Positions 1 to 10,920 of a stretch of 45,243 bases of DNA are shown piece after piece (position 1 is the first letter of the stretch; each line of letters opens with the position of its first letter). Made by a program: the position numbers and the translations under genes. This stretch comes from Atractiella rhizophila. Lineage: Eukaryota. The stretch is taken from NCBI GenBank assembly GCA_021432655.1, contig MU271553.1, positions 1 to 45,243 of the forward strand. Reading direction: 5' to 3'. The notes under the pieces are model-generated. The model was not told where the DNA came from and searched no databases. It was given only the letters and a program-made list of their open reading frames with translations.

Positions 1-3000
1 GCAACACGGGTAGTTTGGACCTCATCAAGGGGTTGGACGACGAGGAGTTCAATCGGAATCGGCTTGATCCAATCCAATTTCAGCACCATCCATCCCGATC
101 ACCGAACATGAGAAACACAAACCTTCCGATAGACCTTGTATTGCTCGCTCTTCGTTGAGTTCCTCTGCTTCACCATCAAGAGGGCATGGTCGAACAAGAA
201 CACTTGTAACTCAGCCGCTTCGCCCTGTCCACCCTTCTTCTTCAACGGCCCCTTGAAAACAAGTTCCCGTCCATCTTCCTTGAGCTTCAAATCGACCGCC
301 TCACCGTTCTTGAACACGAGCTGACTGTCGAGCTGTTGGAGGTTGAATCGGTTCTCAGTCTTTCCACTCTCCGCATTCAACATCGTGAGAATCTCCCGGA
401 TCTGCTTCACCACCTTGGGTATGTTCAATTTATCCGGATTGTCATCGGATGTGTGCTTTAAGATGGCTTCGAGAAGGAGGGGATAACGTGCGAGTCGGGT
501 GGTAGGCTTTGTGAGGTATCCATTCAGCTCGAGCTTCCTCGATTCCGGCAAGCGTTCAACTTCCTACTCCCCAACTTATCAATACCAGTCCAGCTCTCCC
601 CTCTTGCCCTCTCCTCCTATAAGAACGAAAGACATACATCGACAAATCTGCTAAACGCGAGATTCGAGCTCTTCATCTTCTCAAACTCATACTTTCCGTA
701 AAGCTGATGACTTCCATAATTAACGAAGGGTCCGAACCGCGGCGTGAACTCGAGCACGATGTCAGCTATGGATTCGACGATCGGCGCCAGCTTCTGTCTG
801 GTGTTCAAGGCGTCCGAAAACCGAGCATTGACCGCGTGAATCTCGCTGATGTTCCAGAACACTTGAGTGATGAAGTCCTCCCTTTCCGTTTCTGCAATGA
901 CATTTGACGTCCGTAGCGGTTTGATCCAGCTCTGTCATCCAAGCAAAGATATCAACGCCTCGCCACATTCCAACATCCACAACCCAATTCCAATTCCAAG
1001 AGGGAAAGCGGAGACGAACCTCTTTCAAGTACTCCATATCCCTCACAAAGTCCCTCTCAGTATAAATAAGCTCATTGATCGCCTCCTGCCTCTTCTTCTC
1101 CGTCTCAGTGACCGAATCCACAATCTCCTGCGGCACAGAATGGACCCATAGCGTTCCCGGTTCCTACATCAGCACAACGACACCAACTCGATATCAGCGA
1201 CATATCATCAGGGAACACGAGAGCAGGAGCACGCACAGAACCGACACGTAAGTCACCCCATTCATTCTCGACCGCTCTCTGGGTTAAGATCGGTTTCGGT
1301 TTCAAATTGAGCCTGGCCTGCTGCTCCAGTCTCCTCGGACACGAAATGGAATAACAGAGTCGATCCCTCGTACACGTAGGGGAATAACAATCCGTAAGCA
1401 GCGTAAACACACCGCTCGGACCTCCCATTCCCTCTCCCTCCCCGTCCCCAATCCCCAACCCCTCCGAAGTCAAATCGTCATCATAAAAGTCGCGAAACTG
1501 GTAAATCTCATGGGTGGAGTCGCGGAGTCGATGCTCGTAAGTGACGTCGTGAAAGAGTTTCTGAGCATCCAACGCCCTGCCGAGTAAGAGGGCTAGGTTT
1601 CGATCTGTGGTTTTGATGATTCCACAAATCCGATCGACCGCTTCCCGTCCATCGAACGCGTCCTTGTACCCCAAACCCTCCTTCGTCCGATCGCTGAGCA
1701 CGATTCGGGCTCGGAACGCCTCTCCCACTCGACTCAACAACGCCGGATAGATGATAGGGTTCCTCTTCCCCCCTCCTCCTCCACCGTGCCCACCGACCGA
1801 TGAAGGGGGTGGAGGAATCGTGCCCGTGCTCCTCCTACTACTGCTCGCAGAATGTCTCGACGCTCTATCTCCACCGCCACCGACCGTTCCATTGGAAGAA
1901 GAATAAATGGTCAGGTCACTGGGTCTCTGATAAGTCGCCTGATGTTCCGAACCGAAAGAGAAAGACCTGTTCGAGTTTTCGTAGTGCTTTTTGATTCGCA
2001 CCGATTCTGAAGATTTCCGACCTGAAATAGAGAGGGAGAAAGCGGTCGAGGTTGGGGAGGGTGAACGGTTCGAGTTCGAGGTTCCGCTCTTGGTTGAGAG
2101 GGAGAGGGAAGGGTGGACGTAATGTCCTGGTCCTGGTCCCCCAGATACGGGGACCATGGAGAGAGGGATGGCTTGTGGAGAGTTGTAGAATGCGCTCGGG
2201 GGATGGTTATTGTTCTGTTGTTGGGAATCACGGTATTGGGAACCGAAACTTGAACGTCCGCTCCGATTGTTGTGGTTATGGTTGTGATTGTGGTTGGGGT
2301 TGTATGTCTGATTGTATCCCTGTCCTTGGCCGTTGTTCGGCAACGGTGACCGTCCGACGACGGTAGCAGAAGAAGGATCGGCGTTGTGCGGTGCCAGAGA
2401 GGGCGAGAGGGAGTAGAAAGAATTCGTATCGGACTCGTACGAGTCTTTTCTCTCCCTCATCGAATCTCGAACCGAGTTCTGGAGAGAGGATGGCCGTGCA
2501 TAAGGGAGTTGGGAGTCTCCTGCTCCGTAAATAAAGCAAAGCAAATCATGAATATCCCACGTCCAGAAAATGAACTGAATGAAGAGAGAGACGGAGAGGC
2601 CCACCTTCGTCCGAGCCATCATTTTGGGGTGGAAATCCAATGCCGGAAGATCTGAGAGAAACAGCGCTGTGCAGCCCAACCCCATTCCCATTCACCCTAC
2701 TTCTTTCTCCCTCCCTTTCTCCCGATCCGGAATGTGAAGATTTGGACGTAAGCGAGGTGTGGGGATTGACCTTGTGTGCTCTTGGTCCTTCTCCAACGAG
2801 GTCGAACTCGCTCGAGAGGCCATTAGAGGGGATGGAGATACCGTCGAGGGGCCGGAAGTCGCCAGATCTCTGCGTGTGTTGGAGCGGCGGTGGAGACGGA
2901 TAGTCGCCATAATCTTGCAAGGATGGAGGATACGAGTACGTCCCTGGTCCTCCGTAGTAGACCCTGCTGTGGATGCTGATGCTGATGTTGGGCGGCGTAG

Positions 3001-3170
3001 AAGCTTTGCTGGTGTTGAGGAGAATGGGGATGGTGGAGTGGCTGGCGGTGTGCGTGGTGGTGAGGGAGAGGATGGGATGGATAGGGGGACGGAGAGGTGT
3101 GCACATGGTGCATTGAGGCCGCTCTTCCCCCAAATATCTCCTGATAAGCCTCTGCTCGTCTGTCCGTCAT
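1..3170 (-). CDS. ROM2: Rho1 guanine nucleotide exchange factor, Rom1/Rom2 family (low-complexity N-terminus, DEP, DH/RhoGEF, PH); multi-exon, 3' end runs off the window start
   Basis: ATG at 3170 (MTDRRAEAYQEIFGG). DEP-like segment YKDAFDGREAVDRICGIIKTTDRNLALLLGRALDAQKLFHDVTYEHRL, then GVFTLLTDCYSPTCTRDRLCYSISCPRRLEQQARL. DH motifs EKKRQEAINELIYTERDFVRDM and KLELNGYLTKPTTRLARYPLLL. PH start LVFKGPLKKK...VFLFDHALLMVK...YKVYRK|PIPIELL. GT..AG introns at about 2604-2520, 1249-1164, 1020-932, 638-564 and 122-64. This copy has a 1-nt frameshift near 2961 that is absent from the duplicate. Confidence 0.93.
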
Positions 3171-4439
3171 CTTTGCGCTCAATCTCGTCTATGCCCAGTC
3201 TCGTTTCTCCAGAATCCTAATCACTTGCCTGATCCTCTGCTACCTTCGCTTGTCTGTCTGCCAATGCAGTACTTCCACAGATATATGCAAATAGTTTTCC
3301 CAGTCGCCAATCTGTCCCACTTCCTATGCCTATGATACTTTTACTCGCAGACTCGTGAACCCAGTCGTGAGTAGCGTTCAGAACTTGACGCTGGTCGTAC
3401 AATCACAATCAGAACTCGGATTTCGCTCCTAAATTCCGTCGGCTCTGACTCCGAGTCCAACCAGCCAATACTACTTTGTTATTCTAGACCTGATACGGTG
3501 ATAGCTGACTAGCTGACTATGGATGGGAACACAGTGTCGAGTATTTGGCAGGGCAAGCGAGTCAAAGGAGGAGGAGGTCGAGTTGTTGTTTTTGAAGACA
3601 ACGCATTGACATCATTGCCCTCGCTTCCCCATCGCAATTCGCCCACGCTAATGGTCAATCTGCCTGAAATTCAACATGACAACTTGTTGTCGTCGGTTCT
3701 TCTGCTCTCTTTCCGGTAGAAGCAGGGAGAACGGCAGACGGATCGGCCATCGTGGCAGGCGAGGATGTCACTGGATGTCAACCTACTGTTATGAAGACGT
3801 GACCATTGTGAGTCGTTCGATATAACGAGGATGATTCTATCTGTTCCAGGCTGAACCATTCATCCAGGGCATGGAAAGACATTCAGCGCCCTTATCTAAC
3901 ATCTCTCAGATTAACAGTCGTCCTCAATCAGATGATGTGGATGAGAGAGTGTCATGCAAATGCAAGGATAGCGCTAAATCATCACTACGATACCTCCGAG
4001 TCGAACAAACATTTGTGTCCTGATTGCACTGCTTCTACCATCATCACACACTTCTCCATGACGTATTCAACATCCCAAAAGTTAGATGGGACCTTGTCGA
4101 GAATGACCGAGTCCGCAGAGCATGAGCAACGAAGCAGTATCGTAGTCTATATTGTAGGAGTTATGCTTGTAATATCGACGCACTCTATGTCTTTTCTTGT
4201 AACTTGGTCGTTAGTCGAGCAGAAGTGCTTCTTCCTCTGCAGAGGATTCGATTCGGAAAAAAGCGCAAGCACAAGTAAAGAACATTTTGCACGAGCTCGA
4301 TTGACATACGTCCTATCATGGCATTGGTTCTGATCCCAGCAGTCGTCCAAAGGACTTGTTCAGGATGTTGCTCATTTTCCCGTTTCTGATAAATTAAATC
4401 ACAAGGAGGGAACAGAATCGAGCTTCGAACGAAGGAAAG

Positions 4440-4464
4440 NNNNNNNNNNNNNNNNNNNNNNNNN
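4440..4464. other. Assembly gap (25 N)
   Basis: Run of n. Confidence 0.99.
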
Positions 4465-5988
4465 CGTCCATCGAACGCGTCCTTGTACCCCAAACCCTCC
4501 TTCGTCCGATCGCTGAGCACGATTCGGGCTCGGAACGCCTCTCCCACTCGACTCAACAACGCCGGATAGATGATAGGGTTCCTCTTCCCCCCTCCTCCTC
4601 CACCGTGCCCACCGACCGATGAAGGGGGTGGAGGAATCGTGCCCGTGCTCCTCCTACTACTGCTCGCAGAATGTCTCGACGCTCTATCTCCACCGCCACC
4701 GACCGTTCCATTGGAAGAAGAATAAATGGTCAGGTCACTGGGTCTCTGATAAGTCGCCTGATGTTCCGAACCGAAAGAGAAAGACCTGTTCGAGTTTTCG
4801 TAGTGCTTTTTGATTCGCACCGATTCTGAAGATTTCCGACCTGAAATAGAGAGGGAGAAAGCGGTCGAGGTTGGGGAGGGTGGAACGGTTCGAGTTCGAG
4901 GTTCCGCTCGTGGTTGAGAGGGAGAGGGAAGGGTGGACGTAATGTCCTGGTCCTGGTCCCCCAGATACGGGGACCATGGAGAGGGAATGGCTTGTGGAGA
5001 GTTGTAGAATGCGCTCGGGGGATGGTTATTGTTCTGTTGTTGGGAATCACGGTATTGGGAACCGAAACTTGAACGTCCGCTCCGATTGTTGTGGTTATGG
5101 TTGTGATTGTGGTTGGGGTTGTATGTCTGATTGTATCCCTGTCCTTGGCCGTTGTTCGGCAACGGTGACCGTCCGACGACGGTAGCAGAAGAAGGATCGG
5201 CGTTGTGCGGTGCCAGAGAGGGCGAGAGGGAGTAGAAAGAATTCGTATCGGACTCATACGAGTCTTTTCTCTCCCTCATCGAATCTCGAACCGAGTTCTG
5301 GAGAGAGGATGGCCGTGCATAAGGGAGTTGGGAGTCTCCTGCTCCGTAAATAAAGCAAAGCAAATCATGAATATCCCACGTCCAGAAAATGAACTGAATG
5401 AAGAGAGAGACGGAGAGGCCCACCTTCGTCCGAGCCATCATTTTGGGGTGGAAATCCAATGCCGGAAGATCTGAGAGAAACAGCGCTGTGCAGCCCAACC
5501 CCATTCCCATTCACCCTACTTCTTTCTCCCTCCCTTTCTCCCGATCCGGAATGTGAAGATTTGGACGTAAGCGAGGTGTGGGGATTGACCTTGTGTGCTC
5601 TTGGTCCTTCTCCAACGAGGTCGAACTCGCTCGAGAGGCCATTAGAGGGGATGGAGATACCGTCGAGGGGCCGGAAGTCGCCAGATCTCTGCGTGTGTTG
5701 GAGCGGCGGTGGAGACGGATAGTCGCCATAATCTTGCAAGGATGGAGGATACGAGTACGTCCCTGGTCCTCCGTAGTAAACCTGCTGTGGATGCTGATGC
5801 TGATGTTGGGCGGCGTAGAAGCTTTGCTGGTGTTGAGGAGAATGGGGATGGTGGAGTGGCTGGCGGTGTGCGTGGTGGTGAGGGAGAGGATGGGATGGAT
5901 AGGGGGACGGAGAGGTGTGCACATGGTGCATTGAGGCCGCTCTTCCCCCAAATATCTCCTGATAAGCCTCTGCTCGTCTGTCCGTCAT
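4465..5988 (-). pseudogene. Second, truncated copy of the Rom2-like 5' exons (N-terminus to start of DEP); probably an assembly artefact
   Basis: Same sequence as 1646-3170, ending at the N gap in ...YKDAFDG. Exon 1 is open here, but compensating indels at ~4985 and ~4881 shift a short segment relative to copy 1. Confidence 0.7.
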
Positions 5989-7842
5989 CTTTGCGCTCAA
6001 TCTCGTCTATGCCCAGTCTCGTTTCTCCAGAATCCTAATCACTTGCCTGATCCTCTGCTACCTTCGCTTGTCTGTCTGCCAATGCAGTACTTCCACAGAT
6101 ATATGCAAATAGTTTTCCCAGTCGCCAATCTGTCCCACTTCCTATGCCTATGATACTTTTACTCGCAGACTCGTGAACCCAGTCGTCAGTAGCGTTCAGA
6201 ACTTGACGCTGGTCGTACAATCACAATCAGAACTCGGATTTCGCTCCTAAATTCCGTCGGCTCTGACTCCGAGTCCAACCAGCCAACACTACTTTGTTAT
6301 TCTAGACCTGATACGGTGATAGCTGACTAGCTGACTATGGATGGGAACACAGTGTCGAGTATTTGGCAGGGCAAGCGAGTCAAAGGAGGAGGAGGTCGAG
6401 TTGTTGTTTTTGAAGACAACGCATTGACATCATTGCCCTCGCTTCCCCATCGCAATTCGCCCACGCTAATGGTCAATCTGCCTGAAATTCAACATGACAA
6501 CTTGTTGTCGTCGGTTCTTCTGCTCTCTTTCCGGTAGAAGCAGGGAGAACGGCAGACGGATCGGCCATCGTGGCAGGCGAGGATGTCACTGGATGTCAAC
6601 CTACTGTTATGAAGACGTGACCATTGTGAGTCGTTCGATATAACGAGGATGATTCTATCTGTTCCAGGCTGAACCATTCATCCAGGGCATGGAAAGACAT
6701 TCAGCGCCCTTATCTAACATCTCTCAGATTAACAGTCGTCCTCAATCAGATGATGTGGATGAGAGAGTGTCATGCAAATGCAAGGATAGCGCTAAATCAT
6801 CACTACGATACCTCCGAGTCGAACAAACATTTGTGTCCTGATTGCACTGCTTCTACCATCATCACACACTTCTCCATGACGATTCGTATTCAGAAACAAA
6901 ACATCCCAAAAGTTAGATGGGACCTTGTCGAGAATGACCGAGTCCGCAGAGCATGAGCAACGAAGCAGTATCGTAGCTCTATCTTGTAGGAGTCGGTAAT
7001 ATCGACGCACTTATGTCTTTTCTTGTAACTTGGTCTGTTAGTCGAGCAGAAGTGCTTCAGAGGATTCCATTCGGAAAAAGTGCAAGCACAAGTAAAGAAC
7101 ATTTTGCACGAGCTCGATTGACATACGTCCTATCATGGCATTGGTTCTGATCCCAGCAGTCGTCAAAGGACTTGTTCAGGATGTTGCTCATTTTCCCGTT
7201 TCTGATAAATTAAATCACAAGGAGGGAACAGAATCGAGCTTCGAACGAAGGAAAGTTGGTCATGGTGACAGAAGCCTTCGCAATTTTTTTATTGATATTC
7301 TTCTTTGGACATTGATCTCGTTTTCTATGTGTTACGATACGAGAAATTCTTGTGAGAGATGCTTTTTCTATCCCTAACTTTACTGTGAATCTTCACATCA
7401 TCCTGGAACGCAACCTGTAAAAATTTCAATGTTGTGCAAAATCCGATGGCAAGTTACTTCTCTATGTCGGGACTCGGAATAAGATATAATTTTCATACCT
7501 AGGCGCTAAGTGCCCTTCCTGTTGTGCAAGGGAAATGTCAGAGTGTCCGCGACAGAGCGAAGCTCGTGTCCTCAGATTCGCAACACAAGTTCAACCTCGC
7601 TCGCCCTGCTTTCACACTTCAGTCGATCCTAACGACAAGACAGCGATGTGCTCGAATCTGCATTGTAAGGTTCAGGTTTCATGGTTATAGTCGATGGGAT
7701 AGACAATTTGAACAATCTTTGTACTGCTTGACAATGTTTACATTTCTGTGACCCAACTTCGAGTTGAGAGACCTCCAACCCCATCAAAACGTGATGAAGT
7801 AGAGCACTAAGAGGAACAGAACGTGTTCGAGAGACTTGTGAC

Positions 7843-10800
7843 TTAACATCCCTGACCAACAGGCGTGAGGTTTCCGTTACAACAGCTGTAGAGCGAAGGT
7901 TGGTAGCAAGCGCCTCCACACTGGTAGTTTCCAGCAGGACAGAGGACGTTATTCGGGGAGCAGGTATATTGAGACGATGTGAACCCCGCTCCTGCGCAGT
8001 AGCAAAGGTTGGCGGCGCTAGCAAGTGCTCCATTCGAACAACATTGCGAATTCGGATCGTAGCAGCTTCCGTTACAACAATGCTGACCGGAGGGACAAAT
8101 GTGCCCATTGTCGCAGACTTTGTCGTCATCGTCATCATGTCGTCAGTGTAGATTGAGGACAGAGATGGAGGGAGAGTACCTTGAGAAGAAGTATAGCTGA
8201 CACCATTGCACGTTCCTGCTGTTCCACCGCCACTGTTGCCACCACCACCACTGCTTCCTCCACCCGATGTAGAACCAAAGAGGTCAGTCCCTTGAGGGCA
8301 GAGCTCGATGGTGTAACCTAGGGTGTTGTAGCCAGCAGAGTTGGTAGCCACGCAAGTAGCCGTTGAGGAAATATCATCATATGCTACATTCTAGTCATCA
8401 GGAACATGTTCCTCGGTAGGGGAGATATCTACGGAAAGTATAGCCGTTGGGGGATCCTGCCTTGATCCATTGAATAGTTGGGAGGACATCTGATGTCCAA
8501 ACAGGAGAGCTGTTGTAGCAATCGCCGGTGACTACAAAACAGTTTATCAATAGGCTTCATTACGTGAAATGGAAGCAGCATACTCGCTGGCACCAGAGAA
8601 GTTCCGAGGATAGTTTCCCATTGAGCACAACCGCAACAGCGGTTATCTGCTCCCGGTTGGTAGCATGAGCCAGATGTAGCGCCGTCTAGGGTTCGCGTGT
8701 ACCTTAGTGCAATCCTCTATAAAAGATTGAGAAAGTCAGCATACCACAACCTTGCAAATGAGCAATATCGGAGACGATTCCGCCGTTGTTGATTTGGTTA
8801 GGGCAGTCAAATATGGAAGAGCTAGACTGCAGGATGCATCCCTGATAACCAGAGAGTTAAGGGATATCTACTCGGAAAGAGCAGTGCGCTCACTTGGTTG
8901 GCGGACCAGTACCTGATGATGTGATGAGGCCTTTCCGTGATGCGGAAAGGGGTGAAAGGCACTCACCCGGTCAAAGTACCACATGCTCGAGAGAGTACTC
9001 CATTGGTATATACTGTTCCACAGTACTGCCCAGAAGGGCACTGAGAAGAAGCGGAACAGCTCGCTCCAGATCCTCCGCTGACCCAGATGTATTTGTCGTC
9101 AGGAGGAGAAAATTTCCAGCTACTCGCGCCAAGACCAGTGGATGGAGTGACTCCACCTAGAGTTGGTAGCCACGCAAGTAGCCGTTGAGGAAATATCATC
9201 ATATGCTACATTCTAGTCATCAGGAACATGTTCCTCGGTAGGGGAGATATCTACGGAAAGTATAGCCGTTGGGGGATCCTGCCTTGATCCATTGAATAGT
9301 TGGGAGGACATCTGATGTCCAAACAGGGGAGCTGTTGTAACAATCGCCCGTGACTACAAAACAGTTTATCAATAGGCTTCATTACGTGAAATGGAAGCAG
9401 CATACTCGCTGGCACCAGAGAAGTTCCGAGGATAGTTTCCCATTGAGCACAACCGCAACAGCGGTTATCTGCTCCCGGTTGGTAGCATGAGCCAGATGTA
9501 GCGCCATCTAGGGTTTGTTGTGCACTTAGTGCAAACCTCTGTGAAAGATTGAGAAAGTCAGCGTACCACAACCTTGCAAATGGGCAATATCGGAGACGAT
9601 TCCGCCGTTGTTGATTTGATTGGGGCAGTCAAATATGGAAGAGCTGGACTGCAGGATGCATCCCTGATAACCAGAGAGTTATGGGGTATCTACTCGGAAA
9701 GAGCGGCGCGCTCACTTGGTTGGCGGACCAGTACCTGATGATGTGATTAGACCTTTCTGTGACGCGACGAAGGTGAAAGGCACTCACCCGGTCAAAGTAC
9801 CACAAGCTCGAGAGAGTACTCCATTGGTATATACAGTTCCACAATACTGCCCAGAAGGGCACTGAGACGAAGCGGAACAGCTCGCTCCAGATCCTCCGCT
9901 GACCCAGATGTATTTGTCGTCAGGAGGAGAAAATTTCCAGCTACTCGCGCCAAGACCAGTGGATGGAGTGACTCCACCTATAACGACATCACATTTGATC
10001 TAAACCACGCGTATAACTCACCCATGTTGGCACACTCATAGGGATTGTTCGCATTCTTCGTAATGACACTTGGAGTGAAAGAGATCGGTACGTTAACACC
10101 TGGATCTACGTTAAGAAACTCAAAGTGTTAAGGGAAAAGCTTGCCATGAATGTTTGACTACCCCCAACGTCAACGTGAATCCCTCTCTGGTTAAAAATGA
10201 GAACAGAAACGACAACCCACCACGTCATATGTATCAGCTCCTTTCTTCACGAGGGTGATCTCAGCTTTGGAGCCAACGGGAGCCGCACATCCAGAGTTAG
10301 TGCAAGTGGTAGCATCTGCAGAACAGCTCGACCCGTCCTCGCCTTCCATTCGTCACATCAGAAGAACGAATGATTGTCAGAAAAGTAATTACAAAAAGCT
10401 ACAAAACGAGTTCAGTTTTCAGTTTAGATCAATAGGGAAAGGGGAAGCATACCAAAGTTTCCGCTCCAGTCAAAATCCGAGCCATTGTCCTAACATCGTG
10501 GTAAACACGAGGAAAGGGAAGGAAAGGATAGGCGCACAAGGTATGGGATGGTGATTGTGCTGGTTTGACCCGCGGCAAGCTTCCAGTTACCGTGAGAGGG
10601 AGTCGCTGTGTTCCAGAAACAAATTCCTGCGGCTACGTTGCAGTGGATGACAATGTGCTTAAGATGGCAGTCTCTGTTGTAACGAAGAAAGCGCACCAGA
10701 ATTGCAGTAAGATCCAGCGGGGCATCCGGCGGCGCATGTGCCAGTTGATCTGTGCAAGATTCGGGAATGGAAGAGTTAGTAAGAGATATGCTTACCCAGT

Positions 10801-10920
10801 TGTAGGAAGAATGTAAACTGCTCGTCCGCAAGAATTGGTGAAGGTAAAAACCCTCGAAGGGCCTTGAGCAGAAGCCTGCAGGGATATTGCTGTAAGGCTG
10901 AAAAATGTGAGAAATCTCAT
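7843..10920 (-). CDS. Secreted thaumatin-like protein (PR-5/GH152-like) with Cys-rich insertions, Gly/Ser linker and two C-terminal CBM52/Carb_bind-like modules; multi-exon, internally duplicated
   Basis: ATG 10920 gives MRFLTFFSLTAISLQASAQGPSRVFTFTNSCGRAVYI (signal peptide, then thaumatin start FTFTNxC). Further motifs: KLAAGQTSTITIP, WSGNF, PVGSKAEITL, DTYDV..GVNVPISF, WIKAGSPNGYTFP|YDDISSTATC...YTIELCP. Linker GSTSGGGSSGGGGNSGGG. Tail CNGVSYTSSQ|VCDNGHICPSGQHCCNGSCYDPNSQCCSNGAL...CAGAGFTSSQYTCSPNNVLCPAGNYQCGGACYQPSLYSCCNGNL...GC, TAA at 7845-7843. Confidence 0.85.
8337..9979. repeat. Intragenic tandem duplication, ~820-bp unit (8337-9158 and 9159-9979), inside the thaumatin gene
   Basis: Both units run from agagttggtagccacgcaag to gatggagtgactccacct. 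Substitutions are visible and most obvious in introns. Confidence 0.92.

Larger units (their letters stand above)
1646..7255. repeat. Near-identical ~2.8-kb direct duplication (1646-4439 vs 4465-7255) flanking a 25-N gap; probable unmerged contig overlap
   Basis: Copy 2 starts right after the gap (cgtccatcgaacgcgt = 1646) and copy 1 ends right at the gap (gaaggaaag = 7255). Differences are sparse and mostly small indels. Confidence 0.9.

Noticed and set aside
2265..2305. (Asn-His)n microsatellite-like tract
   Set aside because: Ordinary low-complexity coding sequence in the Rom2 N-terminus.
4185..6000. Second ROM2 paralogue
   Set aside because: Near-identical sequence abutting an N gap on both sides is best explained as an assembly overlap.
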